Of a stretch of DNA of 42,750 nt, positions 10,653-21,333 are shown one piece after another. Position numbers and translations under genes: made by a program. Under the pieces are notes generated by a model, which was not told the origin of the DNA, did not search any database, and saw only the letters and a list, made by a program, of their open reading frames with translations. How positions within the stretch are numbered: the first letter of the stretch is position 1; each line of letters begins with the position of its first letter. Origin of the DNA: Nemertoderma westbladi. Taxonomy: Eukaryota; Animalia; Xenacoelomorpha. Location of the stretch: the NCBI GenBank assembly GCA_032718475.1, contig JAUCBJ010003577.1, positions 1 through 42,750 on the forward strand, given 5' to 3'.

Positions 10653-11043
10653 TCATTTCTTCGATTTTCCCCGTCCTTTCTTCCCCTGTAAATATCAATT
10701 CATATACTGTTACAATCACGTAATTAGGAATATGTACTGTATAGGCCTATAGTAGACCTAAACCCACATTATATCCTATATTATATTTAGTCAAACAAAC
10801 CTTCCCTTTCTTTCCCTTTCCTCTACGACTTCTAGACCTGCTTCCTTTACCTCGGCGACTCCTAGACCTGCTCTTCTTTCCCTTCTTACTTCCCTTTCGT
10901 TTTTTACGTCTCCTTTTCTCCATTTCGTTCCGGCTGGTGGAACGATTACCTCTCTTTGATAGGCTCCTACTTTTCCTTTCATCTAAGGCCCAACTCGGCA
11001 AACTATCCAGCCCTAAATCGCTATCTTCAGGTTGAACAGGCAT
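10653..11043 (-). CDS. Two-exon protamine-like basic protein, 91 aa, with acidic 22-aa leader; join(complement 10801-11043, 10653-10685)
   Basis: Phase-0 GT-AG intron at 10686-10800 (AAG|GTTTGT ... TTTACAG|GGG). Exon 2 encodes GKKGRGKSKK-TGA. Residues 43-91 are only K/R/S/G (31/49 K+R) with SRSRSRR repeats. AATAAA lies ~120 nt after the stop. Confidence 0.8.
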
Positions 11044-11154
11044 GATTATTTAAAATATTACAGATAATTATATATGTCCTAAACAAAAATTGATTTCAGA
11101 ATTTATTTTGTAACTAATTTTTCCTAAATGACATAGATTGATGTGCAGTTCTAC

Positions 11155-11320
11155 TGTATTATATATAATATTTTGAATTCCAGAACTTAGTTTTGATTGG
11201 TTGATTTAAGCAATTCTGTTCTCATTGGCTAAAACAAAATGGTATTTGGTAGGCGGTTTTGGTGGGAGGTTTACCCGTTAACGGTGTTCATTTTGATTAA
11301 ACTGTTTGCTTAACTGTTTG
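11155..11320 (-). promoter_or_regulatory. Putative promoter of the protamine-like gene
   Basis: TA-rich TATA-like run at ~11157-11170, two minus-strand CCAAT boxes (~11196, ~11224) and the palindrome CCGTTAACGG at 11275-11284. Confidence 0.5.
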
Positions 11321-12207
11321 CTGTTTGCTGTTTGCTGTTTGTTTGCTTTGAACCATGAGGGGCGAATCAGTGCAATTTAAAGAAGAACGCTTGGGTTAGG
11401 CGTTGCCATGTATTCACCATTAGAAAGACAAATAAAACTGCACCTACCCTCCTTACTCTCCCCTACATACTGTAGTATAAGTCGCACAGGTGTGTACAGT
11501 AGTCTTAGTCTTAGCTTCCTTACATTAATATTTTCTTATTAAATAATCCCTAACAAATATAGCCTAGCTATGTAATTATATCCCTATGCTATGGGAGCTA
11601 GCAGTGACCGTAGATGAACCTACACTAGCACTGTCTGGGTGGGAGACAGTAATTTTTATTAAATAAGACATTTATGTTTGATGTTATAAAACAAATTATC
11701 CAAAGTTTTTTTTTATAATTTTGTACAGTACCGTAGATGGACTATATTTCTCTCCTTTCTATTCATTCCATTATTAGATATATCAAAACAGATAAACAAT
11801 AGCATTTACAATAAATTAAATAAATCCATAGCCTCATAGTACCATTTTGTAAAAATATGAATAGCTACACAATAGAGTTATTGTATAGGAATACCGCTGT
11901 TGCCAACCAACTCATAAAATAAATAACACGTTCTAGAATTTTGTAAATTTATTAGATGAAAAAGATGGCCTACCTACAGCGAATGATCGTTCTTGCAATC
12001 TTTGAACGCCTATATCTGAGCTGTTTCTCAACGAAATTCAGATATTCTTACATATTTGGAATCCTTGCAACTAAAGCTTTTTAATGATATGAAGAAATTG
12101 CGACTAATCGGAAGAATGGCCACGATACGGAAGGTGTGATTTCGCAAATTCCGGCTTCATGGGGTCATACTACTACTAGGATCGGCATGCTGCATTGCAG
12201 CTGCATT

Positions 12208-13925
12208 TTAAAGAATGCTGTGGCGGCTTATCGACAAAATTGCACCCCGCCACAACTCCCTATCACCCACGACATTTGCTAGATCATCCGCATCTTCAAG
12301 GCCAGTGTCCTTTAAGATGCGTCTCAAGAAAGTCATGGGCTGTCCACCATGCTTATTCACTCCACGAGGCTGCCAAAGTACAAGATTATGCACTGGTTGG
12401 TCCTCACGGCGAAAGCAATGTCCTGCAAAGCGGAGGCGATTTTGTTCTAGTGTCAAGCTTGGGGGAACCAATGAGACACCTCCAATGTTATATAGTGTCT
12501 GGTTGGAGATGTGTGCATTGTACTTGACACAATGAACCCGGCGTAGCATTCTTGTGAATGTGCCATCCAGAGATTTGGTGTCCTCAGCAGTTAGAGCCCA
12601 GCATGGACTCCCATAGAGGAGTACTTGAACTACTGCTGCTCTAAATAATCGGTCCTTAAGTTTCCGATTAATTCTCGGTGACTTCCAAATCCTGGAAAGC
12701 CTATTCAAGGCTGCCCATGCCTTTCCCTTACGTATTCGAAGGTCCTCACCTGACTTCCGGATCCATGATTCCAGGTAACAGAAGTCATCCACGTGCTCAA
12801 GCATACCATCTTTTGAGCTTATGCTCATCCGATCAGAGACTTGCTGAGGACTTTCAAAGTTAACTGTCAAAATTTTGGTCATTCTGGAGTTAATAAAAAG
12901 ACCAACACTAGAAGCAGCATGTTCTAATGAGCTGAGGAGCCGTTGGGCTCCCTCTAGTGATTCTGAGAGTACTCCTAAGTCATCAGCAAAGTCTAGATCA
13001 GTTAGGTACTTGGCAGGATTTCCACGACTTCTGGAGCCAGTAGGTGGAGTTATCATCACCCCATCATTATTATGATGATCTAAGGACATGCGTAGAACAT
13101 AGTCAACAACAATTATGAACAAGAATGGTGCAAGTGTGTCTCCCTGGAGGACGCCTCATAACACTTCAAATGGTTCTGTGTCACCGTCAACAGTAGACAC
13201 AAATGTTGTCGAACCATCGTATACTGATCTAATTGCTGCAATAATTTCATCAGGAATCCCATATAATGAAAGTATGCTGAACTTACGTGAGCGAGAGACT
13301 GAATCAAAGGCCTTGAAGAAGTCAACAAAGATAACAGCCAGATGCCTGTCTTATTTCCACGGAGCAGTCTCTCAATGGGATCCCTGATGCGATTTAATAG
13401 AATTCTATTGTATAGCTTTGCAGCAATCAAGATCAATGAGATTCCCCGAAAAGAACCATAGAGTGTTAGGTTGCCCTTCTTGGGAACTGGCACCAACTTA
13501 TTTGTTTTCATTTCTTGTGGGACTCTTGTTGTTCGGTACATGTCTACTATGATGGGATATATTAGCTTTAAACACTCAGGTATTTTAAAGACCTCAGGGG
13601 GAATCCCATCTACTACACTGGCACGATTGGTCTTAATGCTCTTTGCAGCAGCCTTCACTTCTGCAAAGGAGATATCACCAATGGGAATATCTGGGAGTAC
13701 AGACTCAGACACTTTTACTTCTATAAAGTTATCAGGCAATACCCTGTCATTATTGAGGAGCTTTTCAAAGTGGGCCTTCCAACCATTGAAGCGATCGGCT
13801 GGTGATTCAGCCTTAACCTTGGTGGTTGGTTGGCTTTTTCGACCAGCAAGCAAGTTGATCGATCTCCATGCCTGGGATAATTGCCTGTTGTCATCAGCAT
13901 CAGTGATGGCATCAACCTGTTGGTT
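12208..13925 (-). pseudogene. RTE ORF, RT and C-terminal part (frameshifted)
   Basis: PVPKKG, FRGISL, LDFADDL, VLLYGS and RLRFAGHCFR motifs across ORFs 13113-13853 and 12208-13122. Confidence 0.9.
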
Positions 13926-14119
13926 TATTTAATTTAATTGATATTCGTACATATGAATAAACGATAGACATACAGTAGTACACGGTACGTAGACATATTA
14001 TTAGTAAAGTAGCACAATATTAATGACGTAGGCCTATGTAATGAATAACTGACAGAACACGTAGTAAATGACACGGCATCGAACAAATAATGATAGGCAA
14101 TAATATAAAGAATATTTAA

Positions 14120-17100
14120 CTAACATGTAGTAATATAATTAAGGATATCAGTAATCTCATCAACATTAAAACCAGGTATATCAATATTGCTACAACGACA
14201 ATTAATTAATTCCCTACACAATTCTAATTTCCATCTATCAGCTACATCAAAAGGAACGTAGTTCAACTTATTAACGTGCGTAACATTGATCGAGTTAATG
14301 AGAGGTATTTTACACAGATTTGCGATAGAACGTAAATTGCACCCACTTCGCGATCGACAATCATATAAAAATAATTTTGCTAAATAACGAATGCTTGATT
14401 TTTCAGACTGCACTAAACTGGTACAAAATCTTATAAAACGTGAATATAACATAATACTGGGGTGTTTAAACTGCATTAAATTTTCTACAATATATCTATG
14501 TGATGTAAAAGGCAATCTAAAAATAATCCTAATATTAATATTCCATGAACTGTATATACGAGTACACGATGCAGAAAAAAGATCCCATAAATTACTACCG
14601 TAGAAGGATGTGCAATAAATACGCTGAATATTACTCAAAACATACGGATCAGAAAAATAGAATTCTTGTCGAAGTGCATTGAGCTTTCCTATAAATTTTC
14701 CCCGTTTTCGTATAATATCAGACTCCATTGTGTTCTGGAAATCTAACATGTTTCCTAGATGCAACGCCTCCCTGACCCAAGGAAGTGGTCTCCCGTTCAG
14801 CATTACTGACGCTGTGGGTTTAAACCACACTCTCCCAAAAGGAATGCACTTGGATTTGGATTTATCCGGATTCGGGTTTGTACTAAACACGAGATGGTTT
14901 TCGGTTGCGAACTCCTCGCATAACTTGACCATAAACCGTAGTCCCACTATGGAAGGGCATAAAAGGAGAAGATCATCTGCGTAGCCGAAAATACCAAAAT
15001 AAAAAGAACCAATATAACAGCCAACTTTAGATGACCTCAGTTTTGATATTAATTTATCCAATATAATACAGAACAGAATCGGAGATGCCACTGAACCTTG
15101 ACGAACTCCGTTCGTTAACGTAAATGACTCGGAATGGAAGCTGTTCCAGCGGACGCAACATGTTTGATTACTATAGATCCATAGCAGGGTTCGTAAGAAA
15201 AAAGGAGAAAACCCCTTCTTAATAAGTTCCAGAAATAGCTTGCACCATTCAACCATATCGAAGGCTTTCGATAGATCGAGAAGACATCCAAATACAGGAG
15301 TTGCGTTTCTAGAATAGAAACCGAGAACCTCTGTAGCCACCCAGGTACATTGGGACGTACTGGAACCACGTTGGAACCCGAATTGCAACTCATCCAAATG
15401 TAAGCACTCAGCCTGCGAGATCAGCATGACCCACTCAAACAACTTAATCAGAAGGGAGGATAAGGCAATAGCCCTGTAATTACTGGAAAGGGAATCGTCA
15501 CCTAATTTATCTTTTATCAAAGGAATAATGACACACGTCAGTAAGAACTGTGGAACAAAGCCGTGAATGAGAAAACTGTTGAACAAATCACTTAAATGTG
15601 AACATAATTCTGGAGGACCATTGATCAGGCAATCAGAATCAAAATCAAAAGTTACGTCTGTTTTAGAGCTTTTTAGCCTATGTAGACCTTCACTGACCAA
15701 ATCCGGAGTGATATGCGGGAAATCAGCTGAATCACATCCTTCGAGTTTATCGGTAATCTGCGATCTAACGAACTCTAAATCGGAATCATACGGTTGATTA
15801 TATAGATCCGAATATATACTGGCGAATCGGTCGGCTATCGATTGTGGGTCTGTACAACCATCAATGGTCGAAGTCACAGTGTTCGGTGTGGATCTAAGTT
15901 TCTTTATTTCTCTAAATATATCACTATTATTCCTTAAACACGCCTGTAGGAGTTTATCTCGACGCACATTATCTACTGAACGTTTGAGCCGTCGGACGGC
16001 ATACTTATACTGCGCGCGAGACACCCGTCGCATGTGAAAAAGCTGACTATTTTGTGAAGCATTTGGACACCCCGCCGAGACCCACAAGGAATGCCATAGG
16101 ATAGCTTCATCTCTAAATGGTTTAACTCGCTCCGACCAACCGGGAAGTTTAGGGCGATTAATAGTAGCACGGGGCTCACCATTATAATTATTATTTAAAC
16201 TACTACAGCTGATATCAATGCATTCAAGAATATCTAAAACATATTTTTCAATAAACAGTCTATGAGTAAGGTCCGCACAAAAAATATTACCACATGTTAT
16301 ACAACCTGACTCAACCTCAATGTCATCCAATTTATTATGTAGATTGTTTACAAAGTCATGTTGCTGTTCAATAGTAGCTCGCTTAAATTTAATTTTACCA
16401 TTACCAGTAGCATCACCTGAGCTATAATTAACACGTGGTAAATCTACACCACTAACTTTCAACTTCAAAAATATTGGGTCATGAAAAGATAAATTAGCAC
16501 CAGAATGTACTACACCAGAATCAGTAACATTTTCTACCAATTTACTCGAACTGAAAAAGTGATCTAAAATGTAATGAAAAGATGCCTGTTCTCTGTAGCA
16601 CGTGTAAGTATAATCAATAGGATTAAAATCCCATAGACGTTCTAATTTAAATTCCTGTAAAAATTGACTAATTACACGAACATGCATAGATACACGCGAA
16701 AAATCAGCATTGAAATCCCCTGCAAGTATAACATTACAAAGCTGCTCCGATAAAATAATATGTTTGATATCATTGGTAAGAGTAAGTAAATCGTCTGATA
16801 CATTAATATTGTCCCGCGTATCTACTGGACAATAACAATTAATTATCACAAAAGGGTTAACATTGGGCAATTCAACTCGTACAGCTTGCAATCGGGGATT
16901 CGTAACGTTAATTCTAGATATATATTTAGACAAAGATGGCCTATAAATAAAGCAGAGTCCGCCGCTAGGCCTACCTGCAGATACTTCATTTACTGTGCTA
17001 GACTGCGCAGGTTGTATTAAACATTTAAATGCAGGGAAAGCTGCTGTAAGCTTATAAGAATTATCACGCAATAAAAAGTGCTCTTGAATACAGACAATAT

Positions 17101-17173
17101 CGCTTCCAGCTAATAATACATTGATAAAGTCAAGTTTATCGGGTGACAAACCAGTACTGTTATATGACGTCAT
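14120..17173 (-). CDS. LINE ORF2: APE endonuclease + reverse transcriptase (1017 aa)
   Basis: YNSTGL, CIQEH, AGDFNAD, LDHFF and FHDPI (APE); LDLSKAFD, GVRQGSVASP and YADDL (RT). Confidence 0.95.
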   Translation of the reverse strand: MTSYNSTGLSPDKLDFINVLLAGSDIVCIQEHFLLRDNSYKLTAAFPAFKCLIQPAQSSTVNEVSAGRPSGGLCFIYRPSLSKYISRINVTNPRLQAVRVELPNVNPFVIINCYCPVDTRDNINVSDDLLTLTNDIKHIILSEQLCNVILAGDFNADFSRVSMHVRVISQFLQEFKLERLWDFNPIDYTYTCYREQASFHYILDHFFSSSKLVENVTDSGVVHSGANLSFHDPIFLKLKVSGVDLPRVNYSSGDATGNGKIKFKRATIEQQHDFVNNLHNKLDDIEVESGCITCGNIFCADLTHRLFIEKYVLDILECIDISCSSLNNNYNGEPRATINRPKLPGWSERVKPFRDEAILWHSLWVSAGCPNASQNSQLFHMRRVSRAQYKYAVRRLKRSVDNVRRDKLLQACLRNNSDIFREIKKLRSTPNTVTSTIDGCTDPQSIADRFASIYSDLYNQPYDSDLEFVRSQITDKLEGCDSADFPHITPDLVSEGLHRLKSSKTDVTFDFDSDCLINGPPELCSHLSDLFNSFLIHGFVPQFLLTCVIIPLIKDKLGDDSLSSNYRAIALSSLLIKLFEWVMLISQAECLHLDELQFGFQRGSSTSQCTWVATEVLGFYSRNATPVFGCLLDLSKAFDMVEWCKLFLELIKKGFSPFFLRTLLWIYSNQTCCVRWNSFHSESFTLTNGVRQGSVASPILFCIILDKLISKLRSSKVGCYIGSFYFGIFGYADDLLLLCPSIVGLRFMVKLCEEFATENHLVFSTNPNPDKSKSKCIPFGRVWFKPTASVMLNGRPLPWVREALHLGNMLDFQNTMESDIIRKRGKFIGKLNALRQEFYFSDPYVLSNIQRIYCTSFYGSNLWDLFSASCTRIYSSWNINIRIIFRLPFTSHRYIVENLMQFKHPSIMLYSRFIRFCTSLVQSEKSSIRYLAKLFLYDCRSRSGCNLRSIANLCKIPLINSINVTHVNKLNYVPFDVADRWKLELCRELINCRCSNIDIPGFNVDEITDILNYITTC

Positions 17174-17252
17174 ACAAAATGCACCATTGTGTAGTAAATG
17201 TGAAGTATCCTTTGTATAAAATATTTAAAAGAAAAATATATACCAAACTTTA

Positions 17253-18983
17253 CTAGTTACTGGAATTCGCGCTAGGAACCTGTGTATTATCTCGACCCCT
17301 GGGACCAACAATAGGAACCCGAGTATTATCTGAACCTCCAGAACCTGCATTCTCTGCATATGGAACCTGAGTATTATCTGGCCCACCGGAACCTGCATTA
17401 GGAACCCGAGTATTATCTGGCCCGCCGGAACCTGCGTATGGAACCCTAGTATTATCTGGACCGCTGTATCCTGTATATCTATTATCTGGACCTCCGTATC
17501 CTGCATATCTATTATCTGGACCGCCGTATCCCGCATATCTAGCTGTATTATCTGGACCGCCGTATCCTGCATTAGGAACCCGACTATTATCTCGACCGCC
17601 GTATCCTGCTTTAGGAACCCGATTCTTATCTTGACTGCCGTAACCTGGTGTAAAGCGGCTGTAACGCCACTCGCGAACACAAACCCCGGATGGCCACGTC
17701 TCTGGATCGAGCACTTTCTTTAAATCAACCCGTTGAACAGCAATCTTAAAACCATTCGACGTCGACCACGATTCGTCGCGAGATGTCTTTTCTATATCTG
17801 TTTCTTTGATCGTAATCCCCATCTCAGCCAGATCCGCCACCATATCCGCCGGAGTTACCGAGATGTGAACGCGAAACACATATATATGTGCTGGTGCCGC
17901 ACGAGTCTTTCGAGCGGTTCCCCCAGATGAACTAGCGGATCCTCCGCCCGTACCAATTACATGCTGCCGCTGCCGCCTCGGCTTCCGTTCGAAGAGGTTA
18001 TAACCCTCATCATCTATTCGACGCCTCGGAGTTGGTATCTCTTGGACATCCTGTTGGTTATCGACTTGTCCACCACCATCCCCAGTAGACGCCTGCCGGG
18101 GGCGCTTAGCGCTTCCTTGACCTTGGCCACTGTAGCGCCCATCCAATACTGTGTACATATTTCTGGTCTTTACGGCCGGGGACGGAGGATGACGGAATTG
18201 ATAACGCCCTGGTGGGGCCGGAGAATATAACCTCTGCGCGAGCACTTTCGGACGAGTATCCTGTGACTCCCGTCCACGGATAACTGGACTACCCACTTGG
18301 TTAGGGGCTGACGACGCTTTGCTTATAGCCTCCCGATACGGGAAATAAATTGCTGGTCTGTTGTTTTGATCAATGCTACTTACCGGTAACGGTGGGAATT
18401 CCCGCCCTACCGATGGCGGATCTCCGAACCGAACCGGTATTTGTGACTCTGTCGATTTAGTCGACATCACAAGATTCTCCAATGATTGCATTCTCTCGAC
18501 TAAATCTTTCTGCAATGACCGTAAACCCTGGTCAAATTTCTCCTCAAGACGTGACTGCTTAACTTGTAACCCCGTTTCTGACTGGATAATCAAGTTCGGT
18601 AGAGACAACGCTTCCAATGCCTCAACTGCTATTACAGGCATGCTTCCATTCATATCCATTGCTCTTATTACTTTATCAAACATATCACTTACATTCGCCT
18701 TTGCCGCAGTGCGTCCCGCAGAATCCCGCCTCTCGATTGGATCAAATCCACAACAATTAAACAGTTTGTCTTTCGCAAGAAGAATATCCGAGGGAGTGTA
18801 CCGAGTTAAACACGATTCCTGTACCGTTGCAGAACAGCTAGAGGATAAGCCTTGGACTAGCAAAGCTAAACACCCATTCACGATGGTGATACCCGATCTG
18901 TCCTCTGGAACAACATCCATGGCCCCCGACTGCGGCTGAGAGGCCAACAAGGAGCGCCTCCCTGCCGAATCAGGACCACTCAT
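17253..18983 (-). CDS. LINE ORF1 with coiled coil, RRM-like region and C-terminal Gly/Tyr repeats
   Basis: First ATG at 18983, directly upstream of ORF2. IYVFRV...FKIAV...WPSGVCVREW block, followed by (GYGGPDNTRVPNA)-like repeats. Confidence 0.85.
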   Translation of the reverse strand: MSGPDSAGRRSLLASQPQSGAMDVVPEDRSGITIVNGCLALLVQGLSSSCSATVQESCLTRYTPSDILLAKDKLFNCCGFDPIERRDSAGRTAAKANVSDMFDKVIRAMDMNGSMPVIAVEALEALSLPNLIIQSETGLQVKQSRLEEKFDQGLRSLQKDLVERMQSLENLVMSTKSTESQIPVRFGDPPSVGREFPPLPVSSIDQNNRPAIYFPYREAISKASSAPNQVGSPVIRGRESQDTRPKVLAQRLYSPAPPGRYQFRHPPSPAVKTRNMYTVLDGRYSGQGQGSAKRPRQASTGDGGGQVDNQQDVQEIPTPRRRIDDEGYNLFERKPRRQRQHVIGTGGGSASSSGGTARKTRAAPAHIYVFRVHISVTPADMVADLAEMGITIKETDIEKTSRDESWSTSNGFKIAVQRVDLKKVLDPETWPSGVCVREWRYSRFTPGYGSQDKNRVPKAGYGGRDNSRVPNAGYGGPDNTARYAGYGGPDNRYAGYGGPDNRYTGYSGPDNTRVPYAGSGGPDNTRVPNAGSGGPDNTQVPYAENAGSGGSDNTRVPIVGPRGRDNTQVPSANSSN

Positions 18984-19099
18984 CCTTTGCACAGTAGGCT
19001 AACACTTTGGCAGTCAGATTGTCAGTCAGTCAGTTCAGTCATTAGCAGTTACACTAACATTAGTTACATTAGCTCTTGTAAATTAACAGAGTACTGACT

Positions 19100-20563
19100 G
19101 TTCAGGGACCTAGATGCAGCCTTAACTGCATTCTTGGCCTCTGTAGTCTGTTTGAGTCGGGACTCTTTCTGCGCCTTGTAGAGGTCATTTCGGCACTTCT
19201 GAATTTTGTTGTCAGTCCGGGGGGCCCGTTTCCTGTTTCGAGGGTATACAGGAACTGTTTCTACAGCTGCTAACTTAACTGCCTCTGTGAAGGCAGTATA
19301 GCCCTCACAGTGATCTGCCGCCTCAGAGGCAAGTACCTCATACCTGTTGCTCAGCTGTACTGTGAAGCTGGATCACACACTTGGCTGTTGCAACAGAGAG
19401 GACCAGTCATGCCGCGGCAAGGCAGATTTCGTTGTTCTGCTAGCACGCAGACTAATCTTACCTTGGCCACAATAAGGCGGTGATCACTGGAGAAGGGTCG
19501 TAGTGTAAATGCATTACAGTCTTGTATAGAGCTCCTGTATTTCCTACGAAACAGGATATGGTCTATCTGGGACTTGTGACCACTGGGTCCACTATGAGTC
19601 CATAGCTTTCCAGTTCGCTTCTTGAACTGGGTTCCAGCCAAAAACAATCCATTTCCAGAGATAAAATTCTAAAGATGGACGGAATTTCGGTTAACACTAT
19701 TGTATAGACCCAGGGCGATGTAGGTGATTGATGCAGACTTGCATTAAAGTCTCCCAGGAATGTTAAGAATGCATGCTGATCCACTCCATCAGTAGCTGCT
19801 GTAGATTCTGGTAGAAATGTTCCACCTCCTCTACAGGGGCAACACTAGTTGGAGAGTAGCACACAATCAGAACCACCTTAGGAAACTTCTTAGCCAGTCT
19901 TCCAGACCATGAGAAGTGGCAACGGATGATGCGGTTAGAGATTTGGTCTATTTTGTCCAATGCTGCATGTGCAGTTGGATTCATCAATAGACCAATTCCA
20001 CCATTGCCACTATCATCTGCTGAAGCGAGGGCGAGTCGCCCACCGCCCCCCATGTCCTTAATCAGAACTTCATCAGTCTGTCCAGTCTGCATTCGGTGCT
20101 CTTGAACACCCACTGCACTAAGAGAAAGCTTATCTGCCAAGGCAGTCAGCTCACCTTGTTGCATTGGGGACCCGAGTGTTAGGGTGTTTACTGAGGCTAG
20201 TCTAGTGACTTGCCTCAGATTCACCAATGGCTTTGTTGGTCGGGGTGGAACATGAGAGTAGCCTCCAACTCCAGAATCCCTTTCCCCCTCACAATCTGGC
20301 CTCCCTGGTGACCCAGGGTTTGGGCCAGAAAGGTCATCAGGAAAGGGACTCAAAGAATTGTTTGCCGCTCTCTCTCCAGTAGGGGGTGAGACAGGCAGCC
20401 GGTCAGGAGATAACTGATGCCTGTGAGACCGATTGTGTCCAGTCATTCCACTGGCCTCTAGTGGCTGGACCTCCGCATTACAAATGTAATCCATAGTGGG
20501 GGTTGGGGGGTGCTTTTTTACTGAGTCAGCTCTCGGGGCAAATACCACACCCTGGTTTGCCAT
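19100..20563 (-). pseudogene. RTE ORF, N-terminal APE endonuclease part (frameshifted)
   Basis: LASVNTLTL, VGVQEHR, GGIGLL, VCYSPT, LGDFNA, SQIDHIL and SSDHRL motifs in three frames. Confidence 0.9.
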
Positions 20564-21333
20564 TCCACAGGGTGGGTGTCGCAGTGGAGTCAGATATGAG
20601 GCCCATCACCCATATCTACTCTCGCGCACATGACCCACCATTGGCTGTGCAGCTCCTCTGCTGGGTCATGTCCTGTACCCCTGATGCCAGGTGCAGGTCG
20701 CAGTGAAGTGCACTCAGAGTGGACATGAGAACACTCTACTCCTGACCAGCCATTGGTTGATCACCATCTGCCTGGCCAGGCCATATACCCCTGCAGCCAA
20801 GTATATGGGTCCTTAATCCCGAACCAAGGGCGTCCTTATCCCAGAACGAAGGGGGTCCTAGTTACAGGACCAGATTTGCCCTAGTAAGAGAGTCTATGCA
20901 GCTACAGGTGGCACCTCCTTTATGCTGCATGGAGTTGGCAAGTTTTCTTGATCAATGACCTAGAATACCTGACCTGACCTGATGCCGGTCGATTGTAAGT
21001 CGATGGGGTCATCGACGGTGAGTGGAACTAGTTGTCATCAGAAAATGACACTATATTACGGGACATGGTGTATATATTAGAGCAGAATTATCATTATTAA
21101 GTATTTGCTTTTATTTTTAATTGATAGTAACAATGTGTTGGCAAGCTGTATTTTTCGAGAATTCTGTATTTTTAAACATAAATGAATGATTAGGGGTGGT
21201 TGGACCGTTAACAGTGTTGTAATTATTTTTTTGGAATTATTTGTGGGCGAGTTGTGGGAATTATTTATTCCGTTAACAGTATTGGAATTATTTGGGGGCG
21301 GTTATTCCGTTGACAGTATTACATTTCTGTTAA

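Larger units (their letters stand above)
13930..19097 (-). mobile_element. Two-ORF LINE with intact ORFs (tentatively Proto2-like), nested in the RTE
   Basis: ORF1 and ORF2 open, A/T-rich 3' tail near 13925-13940, and RTE coding sequence resumes on both sides. Boundaries are approximate and no TSD was seen. The clade call is tentative. Confidence 0.85.
12169..21002 (-). mobile_element. Full-length, decayed RTE-clade non-LTR retrotransposon, interrupted by another LINE
   Basis: 10-bp TSD ATGGGGTCAT (12159-12168, 21003-21012) and a (TAG)n tail. Fragmented single ORF with APE motifs (VGVQEHR, LGDFNA, QIDHIL, SDHRLI) and RT (LDFADDL). Confidence 0.9.

Noticed and set aside
10747-10800. ORF-track C-terminus VCLTKYNIGYNVGLGLL of the 98-aa ORF
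   Set aside because: This is intron read-through. A conserved donor at 10800 and an acceptor at 10686 give a composition-matched exon 2.
11980-12168. Helitron-like 3' end (continuing 21003-21032, ending CTAGT) as the RTE target
   Set aside because: Only a CTAG terminus supports it. I found no clear hairpin or 5' end.
20560-21002. HDV-like ribozyme in the RTE 5' UTR
   Set aside because: Such ribozymes are known in RTE elements, but I could not assemble a consistent P1/P2/P3/P1.1 fold by eye. It would need a covariance-model search.
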